Below are positions 57,055 through 64,000 of a stretch of 64,000 nucleotides of DNA, in pieces. The notes beneath the pieces were generated by a model, which saw only the letters and a program-made list of their open reading frames with translations, had not been told where the DNA came from and ran no database searches. The position numbers were made by a program, and so were the translations under genes. Source of the DNA: Candidatus Yanofskybacteria bacterium RIFCSPLOWO2_02_FULL_44_18 (GTDB taxonomy: Bacteria > Patescibacteriota > Minisyncoccia > 2-02-FULL-40-12 > GWA2-44-9); assembly GCA_001794755.1 (NCBI GenBank), contig MGKT01000008.1, positions 11,491 through 75,490 on the forward strand, in the 5' to 3' direction. Numbering within the stretch: position 1 is the stretch's first letter; every line of letters begins with the position of its first letter.

Positions 57055-57585
57055 CTATCTCTTGCTCCATTGCGGCGATTTTCTGGCTTTTTTCTTTCCG
57101 TACTTGCGTCTTTCCTTGACCCTCGGATCTCGAGTCAGAAATCCGGCCTTTTTGAGCTTTTTCTTGAAGTTAACGTCGAATAGTATTAACGCTCTGGCCA
57201 TTCCGTGCCTGATAGATTCGGCCTGGCCTGACAGTCCCCCCCCGCTCACGACTACGGTTGCCTTGAATCTGTTTAATGATTTTAGTTTTCTTAGCGCTGA
57301 TTCGACAACTAATTTTAAATTTGAGTCCGTAAAATAATCCGAATAATTCTTATCGTTTACGGTTATTAAGGCCTGATCACTTTTAACCTGATCAGTCGAT
57401 TTCTTGGTGAAGAGCCTGATTCGAGCAATCGAATTTTTGCGTCGTCCGACGGCCTGATAAAATTTCTCCTCGCCTTCCTTTACTTCTCCCTCCTCTGGGA
57501 AAAGAACATTTTCATCGTCAACTGAATCCGCAATTATTTCCGCGGTTTCGGCCTGATTTTCGATTTTTTGTTTTTCTGTCGCCAT
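57055..57585 (-). CDS. rpsI: 30S ribosomal protein S9 with acidic N-terminal extension
   Basis: AVGRRK, GGGLSGQA, LTRDPRVKERRKYG..KARKSPQWSKR. Confidence 0.96.
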   Translation of the reverse strand: MATEKQKIENQAETAEIIADSVDDENVLFPEEGEVKEGEEKFYQAVGRRKNSIARIRLFTKKSTDQVKSDQALITVNDKNYSDYFTDSNLKLVVESALRKLKSLNRFKATVVVSGGGLSGQAESIRHGMARALILFDVNFKKKLKKAGFLTRDPRVKERRKYGKKKARKSPQWSKR

Positions 57586-57923
57586 TATGCGAATTTAAGA
57601 TTTTTGATTAATTTATCTCTCATTTTGTTTTTCGGCAACATTCGATACACGCTCATACGTATCACTTCAGTCGGTCTTGAAATCCAGAGCTCTCCCAATT
57701 TTCGAGTCTTTAGGCCGCTGTGATATCCGGAATAGTGATAGTACTCTTTCTGGCGGAGCTTCTGGCCGGTGAATCGTATTTTATCGTAGTTGGTTATTTT
57801 AACGATAATTCCGGGCATTTGATTCGGCTCAAAGCTGGCCAGATGTTTTCCTCTTAATGTCGTAGCAATTTTCGTGGCCAGTCTGCCCAGCGTTTGATTT
57901 GTCGCGTCGATTATTATTTCCAT
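57585..57923 (-). CDS. rplM: 50S ribosomal protein L13 (short)
   Basis: IDAT..LGRLAT.IA..LRGKH, YYHYSGY, MLPKN. Confidence 0.95.
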   Translation of the reverse strand: MEIIIDATNQTLGRLATKIATTLRGKHLASFEPNQMPGIIVKITNYDKIRFTGQKLRQKEYYHYSGYHSGLKTRKLGELWISRPTEVIRMSVYRMLPKNKMRDKLIKNLKFA

Positions 57924-58270
57924 GATTTTGTAAATTCAACCATTACCATGGCCGAACCGTCAGAGATTCTTCTGCCCAATTTGGTAATCCGTGTGTATCC
58001 GCTTTTAACGTCGGCAAAAAGAGGGGCGATATTTTTGGTTAATGTCGACACTGCCTTAGTTCCCAGTCCGGTTGACAATTCACGGCGGACGGCCACATCG
58101 GCATTTTTGGATTTTGTAACGAGCTTTTCGACATAAGAAGCGACGGCCTTGCCTTTAGCGGCGGTTGTTTTGATTTTGCCATGCTCAATCAGAGCGGTCG
58201 CCAGCGCTTTATGAAGCGCCTTGCGTTTGCTCCGAACTCTGCCGAATTTTCTAACGTTGCCTCTTTTCAT
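57914..58270 (-). CDS. rplQ: 50S ribosomal protein L17
   Basis: RKFGR, LIEHGKIKTT, GYTRITK, DGSAM. Confidence 0.95.
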   Translation of the reverse strand: MKRGNVRKFGRVRSKRKALHKALATALIEHGKIKTTAAKGKAVASYVEKLVTKSKNADVAVRRELSTGLGTKAVSTLTKNIAPLFADVKSGYTRITKLGRRISDGSAMVMVEFTKSWK

Positions 58271-58272
58271 GA

Positions 58273-59001
58273 TTATTCCTTTTTCTTTTTGGTTTTAGTT
58301 TTCTTTTCAACGGGTTCCGGCACCTCAATCTCGGCTACGACTTTAAAATGATCGTTTAGGATATTGGCTGCGTCTCTCAATGCTTGCTCAGGTTCAATCG
58401 ATCCGTCAGTTTCGATTTCCATGGTAATCTTGTTATAGTCAATCCTTTGTCCGACACGAACGTCTTCGATGTTGAAATTGACCGTTTTCACCGGTGAAAA
58501 CATGGCATCGATGGCAATAACACCGATGGCCAATTTTTCTTTCTGTCTTTGTTCGACGGGGACATAACCGACGCCTTTTTCCACGTCCAATTCAATGGTC
58601 AAATCTGATTTCTTGTCTGTTAACGTGGCGATGTGCTGATTGGGATTAATCAACTCCACCTCTGTCGGCAGTTTTATGTCTTCTCCAGTGACGGCGCCCT
58701 CGCCCTTGGCTTGGAGAGAAACTTTAACCGGTACGTCGGAGTGGATTTTAAATTTCAATTTCTTAACATTTAGAATTATTTGGATTAAATCTTCAAGGAC
58801 TCCGCTGACGGTCGAAAATTCATGATCAACGCCTTTTATTTTGATGGCCGTGACCGCTCCGCCTTCCAATGAAGAAAGCAAAACTCGACGCAAGGGATTG
58901 GCTATTGTTGCTCCGTAGCCGGGCATTAATGGGGATATTTCGAATTTCGCCTTACTCCCGTCCTTTGACACCAGCTTGATTTGTTCCGGTAGTGTTAACA
59001 T
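58273..59001 (-). CDS. rpoA: RNA polymerase alpha subunit lacking the alpha-CTD
   Basis: PLMPGYG.TIAN.LRRVLLSS, HEFSTV.GV.ED, IDAMFSPV, IETDG; start moved to ATG 59001; ends in a Lys-rich tail. Confidence 0.95.
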   Translation of the reverse strand: MLTLPEQIKLVSKDGSKAKFEISPLMPGYGATIANPLRRVLLSSLEGGAVTAIKIKGVDHEFSTVSGVLEDLIQIILNVKKLKFKIHSDVPVKVSLQAKGEGAVTGEDIKLPTEVELINPNQHIATLTDKKSDLTIELDVEKGVGYVPVEQRQKEKLAIGVIAIDAMFSPVKTVNFNIEDVRVGQRIDYNKITMEIETDGSIEPEQALRDAANILNDHFKVVAEIEVPEPVEKKTKTKKKKE

Positions 59002-59050
59002 TTTATTTGCGACGATGCGGATTAATAATCTCACGCATGGCCGCGGTTAT

Positions 59051-59686
59051 TTATCTTGAATAATATTCAATAATGGCCTGAAGGTCGCTGACCCTTAGAC
59101 CGCTTTCTTCAACCGACGGCGAGCTTTTTACCCGGGCCGACATTTTAGATTTATCCACTTCCAGCCACGACGGTCCTTCATGCTTTGGAAACCATTGGGG
59201 CACTAATGTTGAAAAGAAGGGCATCTTCATACTTCCTTCTCGAATACTGACAATGTCGTTATGCCTGACATGAGAAGAAACGATGGAATTTTTACGCCCG
59301 TTGACCAAAATGTGGCCATGGTTAACCAACTGCCGCGCCTGATCACGCGATTGGGCCAAACCCATCCGATATACGACGTTATCCAGCCTGTACTCGAGCT
59401 GATGGATTATTCCGTCATACGGATCCTTTTTTGAAGCCAGTGTCGATTTAACATAGCCCTTGAACTGACGCTCCAAAAGACGATACGTATTTCTTACTTT
59501 CTGTTTAGACTGCAATTGGCTCGCGTATTCTGACATTTTGCGAGTCCCCTTTCGGCCGTGCATACCCGGCGGATACGGCCGCTTGGTCAAAGCCGATTTA
59601 GGTGAAAGCGAACGCTCGCCTTTTAAATTAAGACGCTCACCTAATCTTCTTTCTATTCTTTCTTTTGGTCCTCTGTATCTTGCCAT
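59051..59686 (-). CDS. rpsD: 30S ribosomal protein S4
   Basis: MARYRGP, YPPGMHG, LEYRLDNVVYR, ARQLVNHGH, IIEYYSR. Confidence 0.97.
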   Translation of the reverse strand: MARYRGPKERIERRLGERLNLKGERSLSPKSALTKRPYPPGMHGRKGTRKMSEYASQLQSKQKVRNTYRLLERQFKGYVKSTLASKKDPYDGIIHQLEYRLDNVVYRMGLAQSRDQARQLVNHGHILVNGRKNSIVSSHVRHNDIVSIREGSMKMPFFSTLVPQWFPKHEGPSWLEVDKSKMSARVKSSPSVEESGLRVSDLQAIIEYYSR

Positions 59687-59690
59687 GTTA

Positions 59691-60128
59691 TTAAACTCGT
59701 CTTGGTTTAGGTTTTCTAACGCCGTTATGGGCGATTGGCGTGTTGTCTTGGATGGATATCACATTCAGGCCGGTTCCGGCTAAACCCCGGATAGCTGACT
59801 CGCGACCCGGACCGATGCCTTTCACAATCACTTTAATGTTTGTAAGGTTGAATTTAGCCGCCTTTTCCAAAACAGTCTTAGCCACCAGATTGGCGGCATA
59901 AGGGGTCGATTTTTTTGTTCCCTTAAAGCCCAGTGATCCGGCAGAAGCCCAAGACACGACTTCTCCTTTTGTATCAGATATGCAAATTATAGTGTTGTTG
60001 TATGAAACACTGACATGGGCAACTCCATTTATTACGTTTCGTTTGACTGACTTTTTGGGAGCCGAAGCTGCCTGCTCCGCGGGCTTGTTATCCGTTTCCG
60101 AATTGGTTATAACTTTTTTCTTACCCAT
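59691..60128 (-). CDS. rpsK: 30S ribosomal protein S11
   Basis: SYNNTI, GFKGTKKSTPYAA, HNGVR. Confidence 0.97.
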   Translation of the reverse strand: MGKKKVITNSETDNKPAEQAASAPKKSVKRNVINGVAHVSVSYNNTIICISDTKGEVVSWASAGSLGFKGTKKSTPYAANLVAKTVLEKAAKFNLTNIKVIVKGIGPGRESAIRGLAGTGLNVISIQDNTPIAHNGVRKPKPRRV

Positions 60129-60130
60129 GA

Positions 60131-60517
60131 TTATGTTTTTTCAGAGGAAGGCTTGCGACCGGAACCCATGGTTTTTCTGACGTTGCCTCTGATGGTTCGC
60201 GAATTTGTTTTTGTGCGGCCGTGAATGGGCAATCTTCGAGCATGACGCACGCCTCTCCAGGCGCCGATTTCCTTCAGCCGCTTTACATTCTGGCCGATTT
60301 CTTTTCGCAAATCACCCTCTGTTTTATACGCCGCCTCGATAATTTTCTGAATTTTATTCAACTCCTCGGTTGTTAATTCCTTTGCCCTCTTGTTCTCATC
60401 GATGTTGGCCGATCTCAAAATTATCTTACTGGCCGACAACCCTACGCCATATATGTATGGAAGTGAATATAATATTTTTTTATTGTCCGGTATGTCTATA
60501 CCTAAAATTCGCGGCAT
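60131..60517 (-). CDS. rpsM: 30S ribosomal protein S13
   Basis: RILGIDIP, YIYGVG, EGDLR, RGVRH, TKTNSRT. Confidence 0.97.
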   Translation of the reverse strand: MPRILGIDIPDNKKILYSLPYIYGVGLSASKIILRSANIDENKRAKELTTEELNKIQKIIEAAYKTEGDLRKEIGQNVKRLKEIGAWRGVRHARRLPIHGRTKTNSRTIRGNVRKTMGSGRKPSSEKT

Positions 60518-60520
60518 ATA

Positions 60521-60634
60521 TTAACCTTGTCTTTGTTTGTGTTTAGGGTTTTTGCAAATGCAGTATACCCGGCCTTTGCGCCTGACCAGTTTACAGCTTG
60601 CGCACATTGTTTTGACTGATGCTCTTACTTTCAT
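60521..60634 (-). CDS. rpmJ: 50S ribosomal protein L36 (below ORF-track cutoff)
   Basis: Hand translation [37 protein letters not shown]. Confidence 0.96.
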   Translation of the reverse strand: MKVRASVKTMCASCKLVRRKGRVYCICKNPKHKQRQG

Positions 60635-60636
60635 AA

Positions 60637-60852
60637 TTAATATCTATACACGATTCTTCCCTTCATTTTGTCGGGGCTAAGCTCGAGAGCGACCTTGTCT
60701 CCGATCATGACTTTTATGTAATGAAGCCGCATCTTGCCGGCTAAATACGCCAGGATAACAGAACCGTCTTCGAGCTGGACTCTAAATTTTGTGTCCGGCA
60801 AGGATTCTATAACTTGGCCATTTACCCTGTCTTTTTTTTGCTGGTCAATCAT
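60637..60852 (-). CDS. infA: Translation initiation factor IF-1
   Basis: [31 protein letters not shown]. Confidence 0.96.
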   Translation of the reverse strand: MIDQQKKDRVNGQVIESLPDTKFRVQLEDGSVILAYLAGKMRLHYIKVMIGDKVALELSPDKMKGRIVYRY

Positions 60853-60931
60853 GCAAAGAACGGGACTAAAGCCCGTTTTAGCTTAGTAATATTAACAAAA
60901 CAGCCGTTCGATGTCAATTCCGTAGTAAACA

Positions 60932-62719
60932 TTACCTATATTCCAGTTCCAGGCTTATTTTGTCTTTGTTTTTCGGTATTTTACTTACCCAGAACGGAGA
61001 CAGCAAAACTCGTGCAGAATCGACCCCAGAAGCTGTTCCCAGATATGTCTTTATTTGAGCTTCGCTTTTTCCCGCCAGATCGGAAACTATTTTATCTTTG
61101 TTTATTTTCACATATCCCGGCCCCTTTACTGTTACATTAAAATCCATGATGTTCCCTGTACCCTGCGAAGAGATATTCGGAGATGAGTAGGATATTTCAA
61201 GCTTTTCGGGAACAACAGTAAGTCCATTATTTTTATCAACGTAAGCTGCAATAATCAGATGCAGGTCGGAATCTCTAAATGCGACGGTTTTGATAGAACC
61301 GGTGATGCTTACCGTGAACTTGTCTACGGGCTCGTCAATTTTTGCCGTTGATTCGCTTTTAATAATGCCAATGTCAGACGAGTTAACCACTCTAAGGCCC
61401 GCCGTTTCTGATCCGAGATCTTTATCGATCGCTTCTTTTAATAATTTTTTAATTTCATCGTTGGCCTTGGATATGTCGATTTCAGCTACAACTTTGGCTT
61501 TTCCGTTTGTTCCGCCGTACATTGCTTGGTTGGATTGGCCGTATACTTTAGAAGCTCTCAAGGTATCCCCTTTTTCCTGAAAAGCGGTAACGGTGAATTT
61601 GCCGGCTGAGACATTATATTCCGATCCGGATTTATCGGCGATGACTTCAACGTCAATCTTCCCCGGCGTACTTCCTTTCGAGGCCGGCACCGTTATGGAT
61701 TTAAGAGTTCTAAAAACATGTCCGTCAGCCGACGAAAAACGCGTTGTCGCCACTAAAGGCTGAACTTGTCCCAGCTCATTGTATACTGTAAGTGTGCCTC
61801 TGGCCTTCTGGGCCACATCTTTTTCTCCGGTAGCCGCAAATTCCTTGCTGATTGTTTTTTCAACAGTAAAGTATTGGCCCGGAATTTTATTAAATACAGT
61901 GTCAACCGAAGAAAAATTGTCTGACGCTGTGACTTTAATCTGGGAGTTAATATCTTTCTTGTTTGGTGCCACGATTACCTTGGCGCTTCCCGTCGTCACA
62001 TAGATGATTAATCCGATTACTATTAACGCGCCGAGGCCGAGCGTTGCATACATCGTCTTTCTTCCTTTTGGAAACGAAAAACCAAATGAATGCTTTGAAG
62101 GCCGCCGCGCCCACGTACCTTCTTTTTTCCAGACTTCTTTAAGTTCTTTAAACGAGTCAGTCACATCATCCGCGATTTGTATGCCGACGTCAGCTTCTTT
62201 TTCTTTTCTGTTTGGAAGTTTGATATTTTTCGATTCTTTTCCGGCCGGATGAACAATATCACTTCGCGCCGCCGCCGTTATGATTTCATACTCTTGATTA
62301 GAAGTTGAGACTGTATCCGCTTCATCATCCTCGAGCTCTTCATCCTCAATCTCGTTATCAACGCCATAGTCAACCACCGGATTCATTGGATCCTCATCGG
62401 GTTCTTCATCGGTCTTATCCGGAACCTGATTCACGGCAGTTATTTTTGATTTCCTGGCTGGGCTCTTCGTCAGAAGAACGTCGAATCCGTATTTGCGAGC
62501 ATAGATGTTTGTATTTTCATTGGAACAAAGAATTGAAACGGCCTTATCGGAATTTCGGGCCTCATGGCTCAAGACCATGAAATGCTGCTCGTCATTGAAG
62601 GATTTGCATTTTTTGGGCAAAACGAATATCACCTCCTTGGCTGGAGATTGCCTGAATATATTTAATATTTCCTCGAATTTGTCGTCCTTCAGGACGTTTA
62701 TTATCTTCGTCGAAGACAT
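60932..62719 (-). CDS. Bitopic membrane protein with baseplate-J-like extracellular region
   Basis: Cytoplasmic N-domain, acidic linker, TM, then KARGTLTVYN..LVATTRF..FRT..V.ADKSGSEYN..GG. Confidence 0.65.
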   Translation of the reverse strand: MSSTKIINVLKDDKFEEILNIFRQSPAKEVIFVLPKKCKSFNDEQHFMVLSHEARNSDKAVSILCSNENTNIYARKYGFDVLLTKSPARKSKITAVNQVPDKTDEEPDEDPMNPVVDYGVDNEIEDEELEDDEADTVSTSNQEYEIITAAARSDIVHPAGKESKNIKLPNRKEKEADVGIQIADDVTDSFKELKEVWKKEGTWARRPSKHSFGFSFPKGRKTMYATLGLGALIVIGLIIYVTTGSAKVIVAPNKKDINSQIKVTASDNFSSVDTVFNKIPGQYFTVEKTISKEFAATGEKDVAQKARGTLTVYNELGQVQPLVATTRFSSADGHVFRTLKSITVPASKGSTPGKIDVEVIADKSGSEYNVSAGKFTVTAFQEKGDTLRASKVYGQSNQAMYGGTNGKAKVVAEIDISKANDEIKKLLKEAIDKDLGSETAGLRVVNSSDIGIIKSESTAKIDEPVDKFTVSITGSIKTVAFRDSDLHLIIAAYVDKNNGLTVVPEKLEISYSSPNISSQGTGNIMDFNVTVKGPGYVKINKDKIVSDLAGKSEAQIKTYLGTASGVDSARVLLSPFWVSKIPKNKDKISLELEYR

Positions 62720-62732
62720 TTAATAAAAATTA

Positions 62733-63704
62733 TCACAATATTCCCGATTCGTACATATCAGATTCCAACAACTCGAGAGCCCCAGCGGCTGTTTTTGTTT
62801 CCATCAATTTTTCCCTTAGCTTTTTCGCTCCCTCCCAGCCGGAAATATAAATCTTTACGAATCTCTTCATGACATTGAAATTTTTATCAGTTCCCCAAAG
62901 TTCCAAAAAATTATTGATATGTTTTATCAGCAATTCTTTTCTCGCTTTCGGCGTTCGTTCCACAGCATTAGCGTTCATATTAAATATCCAGGGATTGTGA
63001 AAAATTCCCCGGCCAATCATAATGCCGTCTAAGTCATAATCATTGGCTTTCTGGATTGCTTCTTCTCTGGACAGGACATCTCCGTTGCCGATAGCTGTGA
63101 TGCCGGCCTTATGGCACAATGCCGCCGCTTTACCGATTTCATCCCAATGGGCCGGAACTTTTGACATTTCTTTCATCGTTCGGCCGTGGATGGTAATGGC
63201 CGCCGGTTCAGCTTCAATTAATTTTGAAATCCAATTCTCGGTTTCGATTTTATCGTAGCCTATGCGGGTTTTAACCGAGACCGGTAATGTTTTCGCGCCA
63301 CGTTTAGTCTGACGGATTATTTCTTGGGCAAGTTCCGGATTTTTGATCAAACCGGCCCCGCTGTCATGCTTGACAACTTTTCCGGCTGGACAGCCCATAT
63401 TGATATCTATGCCGTCAAAGCCAAGCTCGACGGCCAGACCGGCGCACTCATAAAAATTTTCTGGGCGGGAACCGAAAAACTGGGCCACAATCGGCCGCTC
63501 ATTTTCTTCGAGTTTAAGGTAGGGCAGTAGTCTGGGCCGGCCTTTTTCAGAACACAGCCCATCAGCTGAAATAAATTCTGTATAAAAAACATCCGGTTGG
63601 CCGGTTATAACGATAACTTGCCGAAAAGCCCAATCGGTCACATCCGCCATCGGCGCCAACACAAAAAACGGCTTATTTAATTTTCGCCAAAAATTGCTCT
63701 CCAT
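62733..63704 (-). CDS. dus: tRNA-dihydrouridine synthase
   Basis: LAPMADVTD, IDINMGCP, SVKTRIG, IHGRT, GNGD, MIGRG; start moved to ATG 63704. Confidence 0.93.
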   Translation of the reverse strand: MESNFWRKLNKPFFVLAPMADVTDWAFRQVIVITGQPDVFYTEFISADGLCSEKGRPRLLPYLKLEENERPIVAQFFGSRPENFYECAGLAVELGFDGIDINMGCPAGKVVKHDSGAGLIKNPELAQEIIRQTKRGAKTLPVSVKTRIGYDKIETENWISKLIEAEPAAITIHGRTMKEMSKVPAHWDEIGKAAALCHKAGITAIGNGDVLSREEAIQKANDYDLDGIMIGRGIFHNPWIFNMNANAVERTPKARKELLIKHINNFLELWGTDKNFNVMKRFVKIYISGWEGAKKLREKLMETKTAAGALELLESDMYESGIL

Positions 63705-63705
63705 A

Positions 63706-64000
63706 TTATTCGATGACGGCCCGAATGCGGCGATTACCGCCGGAGACCGATTCTTCTTTGGTAATTTTAATACGGCCGATTTCGGCGGTGCGAGAAACAT
63801 GCGGACCCCCGCATATCTCCCGGCTGAAATATCCGGTATCGGGCCCAATCGTAAAGACTTTGACCATTGGCGGGTATTTGAGTTTAAAAAAGCCCGCCGC
63901 GCCGGATTTAATCGCATCCTCGTAAGGCATTTCGGTTTTTGTCACTACTACATCTTGCTCAACGATTTGATTGGCGATTTTTTCGGCTTCGCGCAATTCA
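63706..64000 (-). CDS. alaS: C-terminal end of alanine--tRNA ligase (editing domain; no C-Ala domain); 5' part outside window
   Basis: FSREICGGPHV, KEESVSGGNRRIRA*; a free-standing AlaX cannot be excluded from this fragment. Confidence 0.75.
   Translation of the reverse strand, partial: ELREAEKIANQIVEQDVVVTKTEMPYEDAIKSGAAGFFKLKYPPMVKVFTIGPDTGYFSREICGGPHVSRTAEIGRIKITKEESVSGGNRRIRAVIE

Noticed and set aside
59009-59045. Hairpin between rpsD and rpoA as a novel element
   Set aside because: Short, imperfect and single-copy; not distinguishable from an ordinary intergenic stem
1-64000. CRISPR array, rRNA genes, IS transposases, alternative genetic code
   Set aside because: None seen; conserved genes end at TGA normally (e.g. 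hrcA, def), consistent with code 11

Overview
Chromosomal segment of a Patescibacteria/CPR bacterium, most likely Parcubacteria. This is inferred from CCA-less tRNAs, SD-poor housekeeping genes, short AlaRS, RpoA and L13, degenerate PriA, and the presence of rplI. The backbone holds a rearranged dcw fragment (rsmH, tRNA-Val, mraZ, ftsL-like, ftsI, murF), rplU, recR, dnaB, cysS, an NRAMP transporter, CIRCE-hrcA-grpE-dnaK-dnaJ, efp, fmt, def, priA, gltX, an M23 peptidase, rpmA, rplI, ctpA, a glycosyltransferase/LCP/mreB operon, the alpha ribosomal operon, dus and the 3' end of alaS. An AT-rich ~12.4 kb integrative element (7249-19656, CTGCATTA direct repeat) sits at the 3' end of tRNA-Glu(CTC). 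It carries a large serine recombinase whose ORF crosses the att site, a tyrosine recombinase module, a three-gene Type III-like R-M locus, and a DUF3800 + BECR-like nuclease pair bracketed by two apparently independently transcribed structured ncRNAs. The most promising leads are (i) the DUF3800/BECR-like/ncRNA module, (ii) an 886-aa PD-(D/E)XK nuclease-CHC2-TOPRIM primase fusion with a convergent orphan, (iii) recombinase C-terminus switching on excision, (iv) two bistable RNA leaders in the island, (v) a dispersed structured intergenic repeat with exchanged closing stems, and (vi) a ~380-nt structured intergenic region at 43.3-43.7 kb. All calls were made by eye; no searches or folding computations were run.
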